A DNA stretch of 64,000 nucleotides from positions 164,165-228,164 of the forward strand of contig CAVZNU010000011.1 of assembly GCA_963776695.1 (NCBI GenBank), in the 5' to 3' direction. The DNA is from an uncultured Acidobacteriota bacterium (GTDB lineage Bacteria; Acidobacteriota; Terriglobia; Acidiferrales; UBA7541). The number at the start of each line of letters is the position of its first letter. The first letter of the stretch is position 1. The translations under genes were made by a program, and so were the position numbers. This document shows, piece by piece, positions 48,287 to 60,704 of the stretch. The notes below the pieces were generated by a model that worked only from the letters and a program-made list of their open reading frames with translations, ran no database searches and had not been told where the DNA came from.

Positions 48287-48613
48287 ATGAATAAAAATTC
48301 TCTGGAAACTGTTGGAGTCCGCTACACGGGATGGGCCGCGCTAAACCGCGATCCGCTTGAGGACCATGTGGAATTCACGTGTCCGCACTGCGGCAACCGC
48401 GGAGTAAAGAATGCCCGCCGTCCACGCGCCGCATATCACTTCACCGACGGATTCGTTCAGGATCTGCAGGGTGAAGCGACCACGTGCCGCGAGTGCAAGC
48501 AGTCTGTACGCGTGTCACCGGTTGTGCTGGTCCATGACAAGGACGAGAAGCGGCGATTCGAAGCAATGTTCGGCACGGCGTTCGAGGCCGATCTTGCCGT
48601 CTCGAAAAACTAA
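48287..48613 (+). CDS. Hypothetical small zinc-ribbon protein (108 aa)
   Basis: CPHCGN...CRECKQ (CxxC-N40-CxxC). GAGGGG lies upstream. Preceded by a markedly AT-rich 150-bp leader. Confidence 0.55.
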   Translation: MNKNSLETVGVRYTGWAALNRDPLEDHVEFTCPHCGNRGVKNARRPRAAYHFTDGFVQDLQGEATTCRECKQSVRVSPVVLVHDKDEKRRFEAMFGTAFEADLAVSKN

Positions 48614-48733
48614 GAAAACTTCGGCACACCTCGCGGAGTAGGCGGTCGGGGTGTGCCCGTTTCCAACTCGCGCTCGTGAATAAAAAAGGCAAGGAGCTTC
48701 CACTTCTTCCCCGGTTTCCCGCAATGCGGGATT

Positions 48734-49579
48734 CTAAACTTCGGCTTCGAGCGATAAATGGTGCTCTTCCATTTCTTTCCGGACGTGCTCGAACGCGTCA
48801 TCCACATCGTCGGCAAATTCGAGCAGCTTATACTCACGTTCGCTGATCATCCCCGTGCGTACCATGTGGCGCCAATTCAGAACTTTGTCCCAGTATTTTC
48901 GGCCGTAGATCAAAATCAAGTGATGTGACGAGAGTTTGTTGGTTTGAAGCAGCGTGAGCATTTCCCACAGCTCGTCCATCGTTCCAAATCCGCCGGGAAA
49001 AACAATCAGCGCTTTGGCCATTTGGGCGAACCACAACTTGCGCATGAAAAAATAATGGAAGCAGAAGTTCAGGTCTTCGCTGATGTAAGGATTCGGCCGC
49101 TGCTCGTGCGGGAGCTGGATGCTGAGGCCGATTGACGAGCCGCCTGCATCCGCCGCGCCGCGGTTCGCGGCTTCCATGATGCCGGGACCGCCGCCGGAAC
49201 AGATGACGAAACGCTTCGGATGCATGCCGAGCGTCATCGACCAGCTCGTGATGCGGCGCGAAAGTTCGCGCGCTTCCTCGTAATAGCGCGACATTCCCAC
49301 GTGCGCCTTGGCGACGCGAATCTTGTCATTCCATTCCGCGGTGCGCCGGCCTTTCGCGCGGCTCCTGAGTTCTCTTAGTTCGTCCTCCGCGCGTTCGGGT
49401 GAATGAATACGCGCGGAGCCGAACATCACGATCGTGTCCGCCACTTTTTCCCGCCGCAAGCGCGCCAGCGGGTCTAAATATTCCGCCAGAATGCGCAACG
49501 GCCGGGCGCCCAGGCTTTCCATGAACTTGGGATCGCGATAGGCGAGCTTCGCCATCGGCAAGTGACCGGAGCGCTTCAT
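48734..49579 (-). CDS. LOG-family (TIGR00730) nucleotide 5'-monophosphate nucleosidase-like protein
   Basis: PGGFGTMDELWE matches the LOG PGGxGTxxE motif, and GGGPGIMEA is also present. ATG 49579 follows GAGGGGGA. Track start is 49714. Confidence 0.88.
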   Translation of the reverse strand: MKRSGHLPMAKLAYRDPKFMESLGARPLRILAEYLDPLARLRREKVADTIVMFGSARIHSPERAEDELRELRSRAKGRRTAEWNDKIRVAKAHVGMSRYYEEARELSRRITSWSMTLGMHPKRFVICSGGGPGIMEAANRGAADAGGSSIGLSIQLPHEQRPNPYISEDLNFCFHYFFMRKLWFAQMAKALIVFPGGFGTMDELWEMLTLLQTNKLSSHHLILIYGRKYWDKVLNWRHMVRTGMISEREYKLLEFADDVDDAFEHVRKEMEEHHLSLEAEV

Positions 49580-49764
49580 GAATTCCCCCTCAGAATCGGC
49601 TAATGCGTGCGGTAACGAACACGCAAACGGGTATTTTAATACTGTTTCCGGCACCGAGCGCGGCCCCGATGCGCGGTGATTTCCATCGCGTGAATCCGAA
49701 TCGATGCAACGCACAGGCTGGCATCGTGAATCAGATAGGATACGTTGAGGGCTTACGGAAACCG

Positions 49765-50910
49765 ATGAAGGCTACGGCCAAAATCGCATGCTTTGTTTCG
49801 CTCATCTTGCTGCTGGCGGTTGCCCCGGTAGCGCGCTCGCAGGAAGCTCCGCCCGGGCCGATTCACACGAGACCCGGAACCGAGCCCGAGAAGCGCCCCA
49901 CGGCGGAAGAGCAGAAGCGCATGATTCGCGTGCGCGTGAACGAAGTCACAGCTCCAGTGACGGTGCGCAACGCGAGCGGCGAAATGATTCTCGACGTCCC
50001 CAAAGAAAGCTTTCATATTTTCGATAATGGCGTCGAGCAGAAGATCGAGCACTTCGATCTGGGCGCGAACTCGCTTTCGATCGTGCTCGCCGTCGAGACC
50101 AGCTCGCACATCGAGCCGATGTTTCCGGCCGTCAAACGGACAGGCCTCGTGTTCACGGAAACGGTGATGGCGCAGACGTCCGAAGTTGCAATCGTGGGTT
50201 ACGACGATGATGTAAACCTGCTGAAGAAATTCACCACCGATCCGGACAACATTGAAGACGCGATCAAAAATCTCACGATGGGAACTTCTGGCACGCGATT
50301 GTACGACGCGATGTCGCGCGGGATTTCGCTTCTCGAGAAACGGCCGCAGGTGCAGCGGCGGATTCTTGTTGTAATCGGCGAGGCGCAGGATACCGGCAGC
50401 GAAAGCACGCTGGGCGAAGTGTTGCGGCGAGCGCAACTTGCGAACGTGACGATTTATTCGCTCGGGCTCAGTACCGCGATGGCGGACCTTCGCGCGAAAA
50501 AAGAGCCTGTCGATCATTCGCTCGGGCCACCGGGAACGTATCCGGTTCCAACGCCGAACGGACAGCCGCAAACTCCGGGGCTCGAGCGGCAAATGTCGAA
50601 TCCCCCAATTGATTATATGGCGCTTGCGATCTGGCTCGTGAAAACCGGGAAAAACGCGGTGGGCCCAAACTCACTCGCGATCGCAAGCAAGGCGACCGGA
50701 GGCATGTTTTTAAACGCGAAGAAAGACAGCACGATTCAAAAAGCCGTGGATGAAATCGGCGGCGAAATTCACGCGCAGTATTCGCTGGGTTATCGGCCAC
50801 CGCTGGATGTTGCATCCGGCTACCACGAAATCAAAGTGACAGTGGACCGTCCGGGCGTCACGGTGCGCACCCGCCCCGGTTACTATCTGCCGCCACCGCC
50901 CGCCGATTAG
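49765..50910 (+). CDS. Exported VWA-domain protein (acidobacterial VWFA-related type)
   Basis: ATG 49765 gives signal peptide MKATAKIACFVSLILLLAVAPVARSQ. IRVRVNEVTAPVTVRNASGEMILDVPKESFHIFDNGVEQKI and the following VWA-like core match my recollection of the TIGR03436 family. Confidence 0.85.
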   Translation: MKATAKIACFVSLILLLAVAPVARSQEAPPGPIHTRPGTEPEKRPTAEEQKRMIRVRVNEVTAPVTVRNASGEMILDVPKESFHIFDNGVEQKIEHFDLGANSLSIVLAVETSSHIEPMFPAVKRTGLVFTETVMAQTSEVAIVGYDDDVNLLKKFTTDPDNIEDAIKNLTMGTSGTRLYDAMSRGISLLEKRPQVQRRILVVIGEAQDTGSESTLGEVLRRAQLANVTIYSLGLSTAMADLRAKKEPVDHSLGPPGTYPVPTPNGQPQTPGLERQMSNPPIDYMALAIWLVKTGKNAVGPNSLAIASKATGGMFLNAKKDSTIQKAVDEIGGEIHAQYSLGYRPPLDVASGYHEIKVTVDRPGVTVRTRPGYYLPPPPAD

Positions 50911-51005
50911 TTTTTTGTTGCGCCGACAGTGTCCCGTGATTGTGCGCCGGGTGTCGGTCTACCGCGCTTGCGTTGCTTGTTTGCCGCGAAGCAATAATGC
51001 GCCGG

Positions 51006-53693
51006 CTATTTTTTCTCGGGCTCGGGCGGCGCGGCGACTACCGCCGCCTCTTCCTCTTCTAGAATGGCGGCGGCGGCTGCGATGCGGTCGCCCTCATCCA
51101 GCCGGAGCAAGCGGACGCCTTGTGTGGAGCGGCCGGCTTCGCGGATTTCGCCGGAGTGGACGCGGATTACTTTGCCCTGGCCGGTGATGATCATCACGTC
51201 GGAATCTTCGCGAACTTGCAGAGCCGCGACGACGGGGCCGTTGCGATCGGTGGATTTCAGATTGATGACGCCTTTGCCGCCGCGCGAGGTGACGCGATAT
51301 TCGGCGAGCGGCGTGCGCTTGCCGTAACCTTTTTCGGCGACGGTAAGCATCAGCGACGTGAGCGATTCGCGAATCTGATCGCTTTCGAGTTCGTCGAGAT
51401 CCTGCGTCGTCTTCTTGTACTCTTTGGCGATGATTTCGAAATCGGGCTGTGCGGCATCCATGCTGACGACGTAATCGTTTTTCGCGAGATCCATTCCGTT
51501 GACGCCGCCGGCTGCGCGGCCCATCGAGCGCACTTCCGTTTCGCGGAAGAGGATCGCCTGGCCATCGCGGCTCGCAAGAAAAATCATCTGTTTGCCGTCG
51601 GTAAGTTTCGCGCCGATGAGCTCATCCTTATCGTCGAGGCTGATAGCGATAATGCCTGACGGACGCGGATTCGAAAATTCGGCGAGCTCGGTTTTCTTCA
51701 CTGTGCCGTTTTTCGTTGCGAGGAAAACGTAACGGCCCGTTTCTTCGAGATTGCGTGTGGGGACGACGGCCATAAGCGTCTCGCCTTCCTGGAAGCGGAC
51801 GAGATTGCCGATCGCCTTTCCTCGCGTGGCTGCGGCGGCTTCGGGAATTTCGTACACCTTCAGCCAGTAGATGCGGCCCTTCGACGTGAAGAGCAGAATG
51901 TAGCTGTGCGCCGAGGCGGTGAAGAAATGTTCGACGAAATCGTCTTCACGCGTCTTCGCGCCGATGCGTCCTTTACCGCCGCGCGATTGGTGGCGGTAGA
52001 CGTCGACTGACGTGCGCTTTATGTAGCCCGCGTGGCTCACGGTGATCGCCATTTCTTCGTCTTTGATCAAGTCTTCCAGCTTGATCTCTTCGACGCGGTC
52101 GACGATCTGCGTGCGGCGGTCGTCGCCGTAGGATTTCAGGATTTCGCGGAGTTCGGCGACGATGACTGCCTTCAGCTTTTTCTCGCTGCCGAGGATTTCC
52201 TCGAGCTCCTCGATGCGCTTGCGAATTTCGGCGAGCTCTTTGAGGATTTCGTCCACGGAGAGCTGCGTGAGGCGGTGCAACTGCAGCTCGAGAATGGCGT
52301 CGATCTGGTTATAGGTAAGGCCTTCGCCTTCGGCGTTACCAATCACGTTGGCGGTGAGCGCAACGATGCCGTACTTCCTGCGATCGACCTTGATGCCTTC
52401 GAGGGTGCGTTCCTTGCCGGCCACGATCACGCGCACGCTCTTGTTCGAGAAGAAGTCGTGCAAATTTTCGCGGGCGTTGGCGCGGCTGGATGATCCGCGG
52501 ATGATCTTGATCACGTCGTCGATATTGTCGAGCGCGATGCGGTAGCCGAGCAGGATGTGCTCGCGTTCGCGGGCTTTGCGGAGATCGTATTGCGTGCGCC
52601 GGCGAACGACGTCGACGCGGTGGCCAATGAAGAGATTGAGCAGTTCGACGAGACCGAGCTCGCGCGGCTGGCCGCCAACGATCGCGAGCAAAATCATGCC
52701 GAACGATTCCTGCATCTGGGTCATTTTGAAAAGCTTGTTCAGGATGATTTGCGGTTCTTCGTCGCGCTTGATTTCGATCACGACGCGCATGCCATCGCGA
52801 TCGCTTTCGTCGCGGATATCGGCAATGCCTTCGATTTTTTTATTCTGGATGAGTTCGGCGATGTGTTCGATTAGCCGGGCTTTATTCACCTGGTAGGGAA
52901 GTTCGGTGATGACGATGTCCTGCCGATCTTTGGCGCGATTTTCGATTGAGGCTTTGGCGCGAACCTGGAAACTGCCGCGGCCGGTTTTGTAGGCCTGCTC
53001 GATTCCTTCGCGGCCGTAAATGTAGCCGCCGGTGGGAAAATCGGGGCCGGGAACGAGCTTCATTACTTTTTTCAGGTTTGCTTCGGGCTCTTCGATCAGC
53101 ATGATCGCGGCTTCGACGGTTTCTTTCAGGTTGTGCGGCGGGATATTCGTCGCCATGCCGACGGCGATGCCGGTGGAACCGTTTACGAGAAGGCTGGGAA
53201 TGCGCGTGGGGAGGACAACGGGTTCCTGTTCGCTTTCATCGAAGTTGGGAACGAAGTCGACAGTTTCCTTTTCGATGTCGGCGAGCATTTCCTCGGCGAT
53301 TTTCGAAAGGCGCGCTTCGGTGTACCGCATCGCGGCCGGAGGATCGCCGTCGACGGAGCCGAAGTTTCCCTGGCCGTCGATGAGCGGGTAACGCATGTTG
53401 AAATCCTGCGCCATGCGGACGAGCGCGTCGTACACGGGCGAATCGCCGTGCGGATGGAACTTGCCAAGAACTTCGCCGACGATTTTGGCGCACTTGCGGT
53501 AGGGCTTCGTCGAGGTGAGGCCGAGCTCGTACATGCCGAAGAGAATACGGCGATGGACGGGCTTGAGGCCGTCGCGGACGTCGGGCAGAGCGCGGCCGAT
53601 GATTACGCTCATGGCGTAATCGAGATACGACTTCTTCATTTCCGATTCGATATCAACCGGCGTGAGTATTGATTGATTTATTTCGTCAGCCAT
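51006..53693 (-). CDS. gyrA: DNA gyrase subunit A
   Basis: [30 protein letters not shown], the QRDR-type region [17 protein letters not shown], the C-terminal beta-pinwheel repeats, and an acidic tail. Confidence 0.97.
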   Translation of the reverse strand: MADEINQSILTPVDIESEMKKSYLDYAMSVIIGRALPDVRDGLKPVHRRILFGMYELGLTSTKPYRKCAKIVGEVLGKFHPHGDSPVYDALVRMAQDFNMRYPLIDGQGNFGSVDGDPPAAMRYTEARLSKIAEEMLADIEKETVDFVPNFDESEQEPVVLPTRIPSLLVNGSTGIAVGMATNIPPHNLKETVEAAIMLIEEPEANLKKVMKLVPGPDFPTGGYIYGREGIEQAYKTGRGSFQVRAKASIENRAKDRQDIVITELPYQVNKARLIEHIAELIQNKKIEGIADIRDESDRDGMRVVIEIKRDEEPQIILNKLFKMTQMQESFGMILLAIVGGQPRELGLVELLNLFIGHRVDVVRRRTQYDLRKAREREHILLGYRIALDNIDDVIKIIRGSSSRANARENLHDFFSNKSVRVIVAGKERTLEGIKVDRRKYGIVALTANVIGNAEGEGLTYNQIDAILELQLHRLTQLSVDEILKELAEIRKRIEELEEILGSEKKLKAVIVAELREILKSYGDDRRTQIVDRVEEIKLEDLIKDEEMAITVSHAGYIKRTSVDVYRHQSRGGKGRIGAKTREDDFVEHFFTASAHSYILLFTSKGRIYWLKVYEIPEAAAATRGKAIGNLVRFQEGETLMAVVPTRNLEETGRYVFLATKNGTVKKTELAEFSNPRPSGIIAISLDDKDELIGAKLTDGKQMIFLASRDGQAILFRETEVRSMGRAAGGVNGMDLAKNDYVVSMDAAQPDFEIIAKEYKKTTQDLDELESDQIRESLTSLMLTVAEKGYGKRTPLAEYRVTSRGGKGVINLKSTDRNGPVVAALQVREDSDVMIITGQGKVIRVHSGEIREAGRSTQGVRLLRLDEGDRIAAAAAILEEEEAAVVAAPPEPEKK

Positions 53694-53759
53694 TTATTCC
53701 CTTTCGCGCGTTTATTCGTGAAGCTGAAAATGGATTCGGTTCGCGATCAGCAATCGCGT

Positions 53760-54011
53760 TCATATCTTTTTTGCCGTTTTTTCCAGCACGTATGTTTTCA
53801 CCGTCTCGAAAGCGGATGCATTATTCGAAAAGCGGAGCGGGCCGAAATACGTTTCGAGCTCATCGAGCAATGTGTCGCGATCGGTTTCCGACGCGGATTC
53901 GAATGACACTCCCTGCTCATTGTCGGGAGCTGCCGTAGGACGCGCGCCGAAGTCCGAGCAGCTGATGCCGCGCAGGCCCGGGAGGATTTTCCAAGTCAGT
54001 TGGTAGATCAA
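53760..54011 (-). CDS. Hypothetical small protein (83 aa) between the RAYT unit and gyrA
   Basis: Only ORF in the 325-bp gap. The C-terminal half (DRDTLLDELETYFGPLRFSNNASAFETVKTYVLEKTAKK) has protein-like composition. Its start codon lies 8 nt from the RAYT left inverted repeat. Confidence 0.4.
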   Translation of the reverse strand: MIYQLTWKILPGLRGISCSDFGARPTAAPDNEQGVSFESASETDRDTLLDELETYFGPLRFSNNASAFETVKTYVLEKTAKKI

Positions 54012-54018
54012 CTTTTTC

Positions 54019-54610
54019 CTTACGTCAGGGCACGGCTTTAGCCGTGCCGTTTCATGATGCTTTATTCAGGGGTTTCAACCCCTGAGGGACCTCGTCCATG
54101 CGAAATGCGCCCGACGCGGAGGACCAGGGGTACTCGGCCGCCGCGGCGGCGAAATGCTTCTTCACCGGGTTATTGGTCAGATAACGGACGTGCTGCTCGT
54201 AATCGGCGGTGTCTCGGATGCGATGGTCACTGAAGCCTCGCTGCCATATTGGAAACTTGTAAAAAAGCTTCTCGCGGAGCGCGTAGGACGAGCCGCCCTT
54301 GACGAATTGAACTGCGCGTTCTAAAGCGATGGTTTCGCCTGGCGTAAGCAAGGTATGGAAGTGATCGGGCATCACGACGAAACCGTGGAGGCGATAGCTT
54401 CCCTGATCGCGATAATGCAGCAATGTTTCGATAAAAATCTCGCACGGTGAGGCGGCGTTGAATATTGCGCGACTCTCCCAAGTGCGAGAGGTGACGAAAT
54501 ACGTGCCGGGTATGCTCGTGTGACGCTTTGGTACGGCCATTCCCTCAGCGGCTAAAGCCGCTCCCCTTTGCAATCTTTACGGCACGGCTAAAGCCGTGCC
54601 CTGACGTAAG
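54019..54610 (-). mobile_element. RAYT unit: REP-associated tyrosine transposase gene flanked by inverted REP hairpins
   Basis: Perfect inverted repeats at 54019-54048 (cttacgtcagggcacggctttagccgtgcc) and 54581-54610 (ggcacggctaaagccgtgccctgacgtaag); by my count they extend to 32 bp inward. Each holds an 8-bp-stem hairpin GGCACGGC/GCCGTGCC. A third, degenerate hairpin agcggctaaagccgct lies at 54547-54562. Confidence 0.85.
54052..54573 (-). CDS. REP-associated tyrosine transposase (IS200/IS605-like Y1 HUH enzyme)
   Basis: HUH motif in VMPDHFHTLL, catalytic-Tyr region YEQHVRYLTNNPVKKHF, N-terminal GTYFVTSRTWESRAIF. Length is 173 aa, or 162 aa from ATG 54540. Confidence 0.85.
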   Translation of the reverse strand: MQRGAALAAEGMAVPKRHTSIPGTYFVTSRTWESRAIFNAASPCEIFIETLLHYRDQGSYRLHGFVVMPDHFHTLLTPGETIALERAVQFVKGGSSYALREKLFYKFPIWQRGFSDHRIRDTADYEQHVRYLTNNPVKKHFAAAAAEYPWSSASGAFRMDEVPQGLKPLNKAS

Positions 54611-54682
54611 ACCAGGGCGAAACTTCTCGCCGACCCGAAATTTACTCGCACCGGCTTGCATCCATGGCCCCACAGAGCTCGA

Positions 54683-57106
<2,424 letters not shown>

Positions 57107-57799
57107 TCAGAAAAAGCGCGTTGCTTGAAAATTGCGCATCACAGGAAAAATCGGCACATGAAAACAGAGCGTTCACGCAAAATTTTAGAATCCAGTTGCT
57201 GCATAACAATGCGACATTCACAGGAAGGCGGTAGTCGGCGGAAGGGCGCGACACTTGCCTTACCATTGGCCCCAGATCTCGCGATGCGTTACGAACTGGG
57301 ACTCGAAGGTTGCTGCTCCATCCCGCCCCGTTCCGAAAAACCGGTGAGGCGCGGCGAAGCGTTGATTTTCCCCACGGACGGGGACAACCGGATTTGCCGG
57401 CCTCATTAGCCCTGGCGCGAGCAAAAGACAGAAGCGAGCAGAGTCCGGATGAAGTGCCCTTTCTGGAGACTTTATTTTACTGGATCGAAGAAGAAATCAC
57501 AAGGCAAAAGTGCCGGTGCTGGAAGTTGCTAGGTTGCTTATTTTCAGTTGTTTATGTTGCTTTTGGTGGACTAAATGAGTGATCGAAAAGAGGTGAGAAT
57601 TCGCGCAAAAATGTGAACCGCTTCGTCCGATTCGATGACGCTTTGCGAGTCATAAAAGGCCGCCCTTCCGGAGCAGCGCTACCGAGAACGAAAATCAAAA
57701 GAGCCGGCGGAATGCTCTTCGTTTTTCAGGGCAGGCGCGACGAACTGCAAAAAAGCAAAAGCGGTCGCGCTGATACGCGCGGAGAATCAGTGCGCACCA

Positions 57800-58912
57800 T
57801 CAGATGCGCATGGGCATTACGACGTAGCGGTAGCGCGTGGATTCGTCCGAGATCGGCCGGAGTTGGCCGGCGGATTGTTCGTCTTTCAGCTCGAAGCTGA
57901 TGGGGCCGTCGGCTGAGGCGGCGAGGAAATCGAGAAGATATTGCGCGTTGAAACCGATCGCGATTGTGTCGCCCTTGAATTCCTTTTCGATTATTTCTTT
58001 GGCTTCGCCGTATTCGGGGCTGGACGCAGAAATCTCCAGGCCTTCCTTGGAGAGCATGAACTTGACGGCGTGCGAGCGGGCATCCGCAAGCTGCGAAACG
58101 CGGCGGAGCGCGTCTTGGAGCTCGGAGCGCTCAAGAACGACGGTTTTGGTGACGTCGCGCGGCAGCACGGCTTCGTAGTTCGGGAATTGGCCGGTAAGTT
58201 TGCGCGAAGTGAGCAGGCGGCGACCGAACTGGAAGAAAAGGTGGCTTTCATCCTGCGCGAATTCCACCTGGCCGTCGTCGCCGGATTCAGCAGCGAGGCG
58301 CTGGACTTCCGTCATCGCTTTCTTGGGGACGAGGACGCGCGTCTCCGCGGAGAATCCTTCAAACTTGTAGTCGCGCTCGACCATGGCGAGGCGATGGCCG
58401 TCAGTGGCGACCATGGTGAGTGAAGCTGGTTTCAGGACCATGAGTGCGCCGTTCAGCGTATAGCGCGACTCTTCGAGCGAAATGGCGAATGTGGTTTTCG
58501 CGATCACATCGGCGAGAAGCTTGGCTGGAATTTTCACGAGCGCGTGCGGAAACGTGGGCAGCGCTGGGAAATTATCTTTCGACATGCCGACGAGCTTGTA
58601 GTTCTTTCGGTCGCAGGTGATGTGCACCCAGTGATTTTCGAGAAGCTTGAAGCGAATCTCTTCCTCGGGAAGCAGGCGAACGAGCTCAAGAAGCTTTTTC
58701 GCGGGGATCGTGCCGGAGCCCTCTTTTTTCACCTTGGCTTCGCAGGACGTGCGGATACTGAGCTCGAGATCGGTGGCGGTGATCGTCAGGCGATTACCTT
58801 TCGCTTCGAACAGCAGATTCGAAAGGATCGGAATAGTCGTCTTGCGCTCGACGACGCCCTGCGTGAGCTGCAGCTCTTCGAGCAGGTCAAACTTTTTTAC
58901 GCTGAATTCCAT
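57800..58912 (-). CDS. dnaN: DNA polymerase III beta subunit (sliding clamp)
   Basis: MEFSVKKFDLLEELQLTQGVVERKTTIPILSNLLFEA from ATG 58912 gives a canonical roughly 370-aa clamp ending YRYVVMPMRI. The track ORF starts 19 codons earlier at 58969. Confidence 0.93.
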   Translation of the reverse strand: MEFSVKKFDLLEELQLTQGVVERKTTIPILSNLLFEAKGNRLTITATDLELSIRTSCEAKVKKEGSGTIPAKKLLELVRLLPEEEIRFKLLENHWVHITCDRKNYKLVGMSKDNFPALPTFPHALVKIPAKLLADVIAKTTFAISLEESRYTLNGALMVLKPASLTMVATDGHRLAMVERDYKFEGFSAETRVLVPKKAMTEVQRLAAESGDDGQVEFAQDESHLFFQFGRRLLTSRKLTGQFPNYEAVLPRDVTKTVVLERSELQDALRRVSQLADARSHAVKFMLSKEGLEISASSPEYGEAKEIIEKEFKGDTIAIGFNAQYLLDFLAASADGPISFELKDEQSAGQLRPISDESTRYRYVVMPMRI

Positions 58913-58969
58913 CGGGCCAGTTCCTTTTTCTTCTTGAGTGGCACGAGCAGATGCTGTTGCTTCCGTCAT

Positions 58970-59362
58970 GCGGTGGCTCCCCTTATCCTGCTACGGCTAC
59001 TTTACTGCTTTTCTCTAACTGAATAAATAATATAAACCCCGTCGCCGTCGCCGGAGCTGTGGATAATGCGGAAATCGTCGTAAGTGATGATGCGGACTCC
59101 GGTTCGACTCGGAACTGTCCTGTGGACACCTGCGCGCCTCGGAGGAACGGTTGCCGCCCGGCGACGCTTTTGAACCCGAGCGGAAAGCTTCCACAAAACA
59201 TTCACAGGTAGACGCACAGGTAGTTTCACAGAGAGATGCTTACGCACACCCACAGATTGTTCCACACGTAATTCCACAGATGACGCCACAAGCACAGCTG
59301 GACGCGCCGTAAGTAATACTTTCATGGACGAAAGGGAGCTGGCGGGGACGAGGCCGTTCACC
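58970..59362. other. Candidate oriC (dnaA-dnaN spacer): AT-rich unwinding element plus a DnaA-box cluster
   Basis: AT-rich tract ctaactgaataaataatataaa (about 59016-59036), GC cluster 59037-59057, and a perfect box TGTGGATAA at 59058-59066. Further boxes: TGTGGACAC 59121-59129, GCTTCCACA 59187-59195, AGTTTCACA 59222-59230, ACACCCACA 59246-59254, and three co-oriented boxes at 12-bp spacing (TGTTCCACA 59258-66, AATTCCACA 59270-78, GACGCCACA 59282-90). Confidence 0.7.
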
Positions 59363-60682
59363 CTAGCCGAACGAATCGAGTAGCCTGTTGATCGTTTTGT
59401 TCAAATCTTTGTCGGTGAGGCGCTGGTTCGCGATCTTGTGAATCGAGTGAAGCACGGTGGTGTGGTGCTTGCCGCCAAATTGACGGCCAATTTCCGGCAG
59501 CGAAGCCGAGGTAAGCTGTTTGACGAGGAACATAGCGACCTGGCGCGGGAAGGCGATCACGCGCGAGTTGCTGCGCACCTTCAAATCCTGCGCGCGAAGA
59601 CCAAACACTTCGCCGACGCGCTTCTGAATCTGCTCGATCGTGACCTTCTTGTCCTGCGTCTCGATGATGTTCTTGAGCACCTGCTGCGCGGTGGGGAGAT
59701 CGATACGTGCGCCGGTGAGCGAGGCGAAGGCCATCAAGCGGATGAGCGCGCCTTCGAGCTCGCGAATGTTGGACTTGATGGCGCGAGCGATATATTCGGC
59801 GACGTCGTCAGGGATCTGAACGTGCTCGTTATCGCCTTTCTTCTGGAGAATTGCGATTTTGGTCTCGAGATCGGGTGGTTGGATGTCCGCAATCAAGCCC
59901 CATTCGAAACGGGAGCGGAGGCGCTCTTCAATCGACGAAATTTCTTTTGGCGGGCAGTCGGATGAAATCACGATCTGCTTCTGCTGATCGTAGAGCGCGT
60001 TGAACGTATGGAAAAACTCTTCCTGGGTGCGCTCGCGCGTGGCGATGAACTGGATGTCGTCGATCATCAGGACATCCATCGTGCGGAACCGGTCGCGGAA
60101 AGCGGCCATACGCTCGAAACGGATCGAGGAGATCACTTCGTTGGTAAATTTTTCCGCGCTCACATAGGTGAGGCGAATCGACGGGTCGCGGCGCTTAAGC
60201 GCGTGGCCAATCGCCTGCATCAAGTGCGTCTTGCCGAGCCCTACTCCACCGTAGAGGAACAGCGGGTTGTAGGATTTCGATGGTTGCTCGGCGACGGCGA
60301 CCGCCGCCGCATGGGCAAACTGGTTCGAGGCTCCGACAATGAAAGTGTCGAACGTGTAGCGCGGATTGAGTTGGTACGTCGTTGAATCGAAGTCGAGTTT
60401 GGCCTGCGCTTGCGGCGGAGCAGGATTGCTCGCCGACGGCGCCTCAACCTCCGGGCACATGAACTCGAGTGCCAGCTGCGGCTTGCCGATTTCGGTTAGG
60501 ACCGCCTGCAGAAGCTCGCCGTAAGTTTCAGTGAGGCGCTTGCAGAACAGGCGGGTGGGAACCCGGATGATGAGACGATCGTTTTCGGCCGACTCCTGAC
60601 GAGTGGGACGAAACCAGGTGGCGAAGCTGTGGGGATTGACGCGCCGTTCCGTGTGCTGAAGAATCTTGTCCCACAGGTTCAT
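59363..60682 (-). CDS. dnaA: Chromosomal replication initiator protein DnaA
   Basis: ATG 60682 gives MNLWDKILQHTERRVNPHSFATWFRPT. Walker A is GGVGLGKTHLM; box VII and the DNA-binding domain (HTTVLHSIHKI) are present. The track ORF extends to 60943, but that extension contains DnaA boxes and looks non-coding. Confidence 0.95.
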   Translation of the reverse strand: MNLWDKILQHTERRVNPHSFATWFRPTRQESAENDRLIIRVPTRLFCKRLTETYGELLQAVLTEIGKPQLALEFMCPEVEAPSASNPAPPQAQAKLDFDSTTYQLNPRYTFDTFIVGASNQFAHAAAVAVAEQPSKSYNPLFLYGGVGLGKTHLMQAIGHALKRRDPSIRLTYVSAEKFTNEVISSIRFERMAAFRDRFRTMDVLMIDDIQFIATRERTQEEFFHTFNALYDQQKQIVISSDCPPKEISSIEERLRSRFEWGLIADIQPPDLETKIAILQKKGDNEHVQIPDDVAEYIARAIKSNIRELEGALIRLMAFASLTGARIDLPTAQQVLKNIIETQDKKVTIEQIQKRVGEVFGLRAQDLKVRSNSRVIAFPRQVAMFLVKQLTSASLPEIGRQFGGKHHTTVLHSIHKIANQRLTDKDLNKTINRLLDSFG

Positions 60683-60704
60683 AATAAAAATAAGCCCCCG
60701 AACA

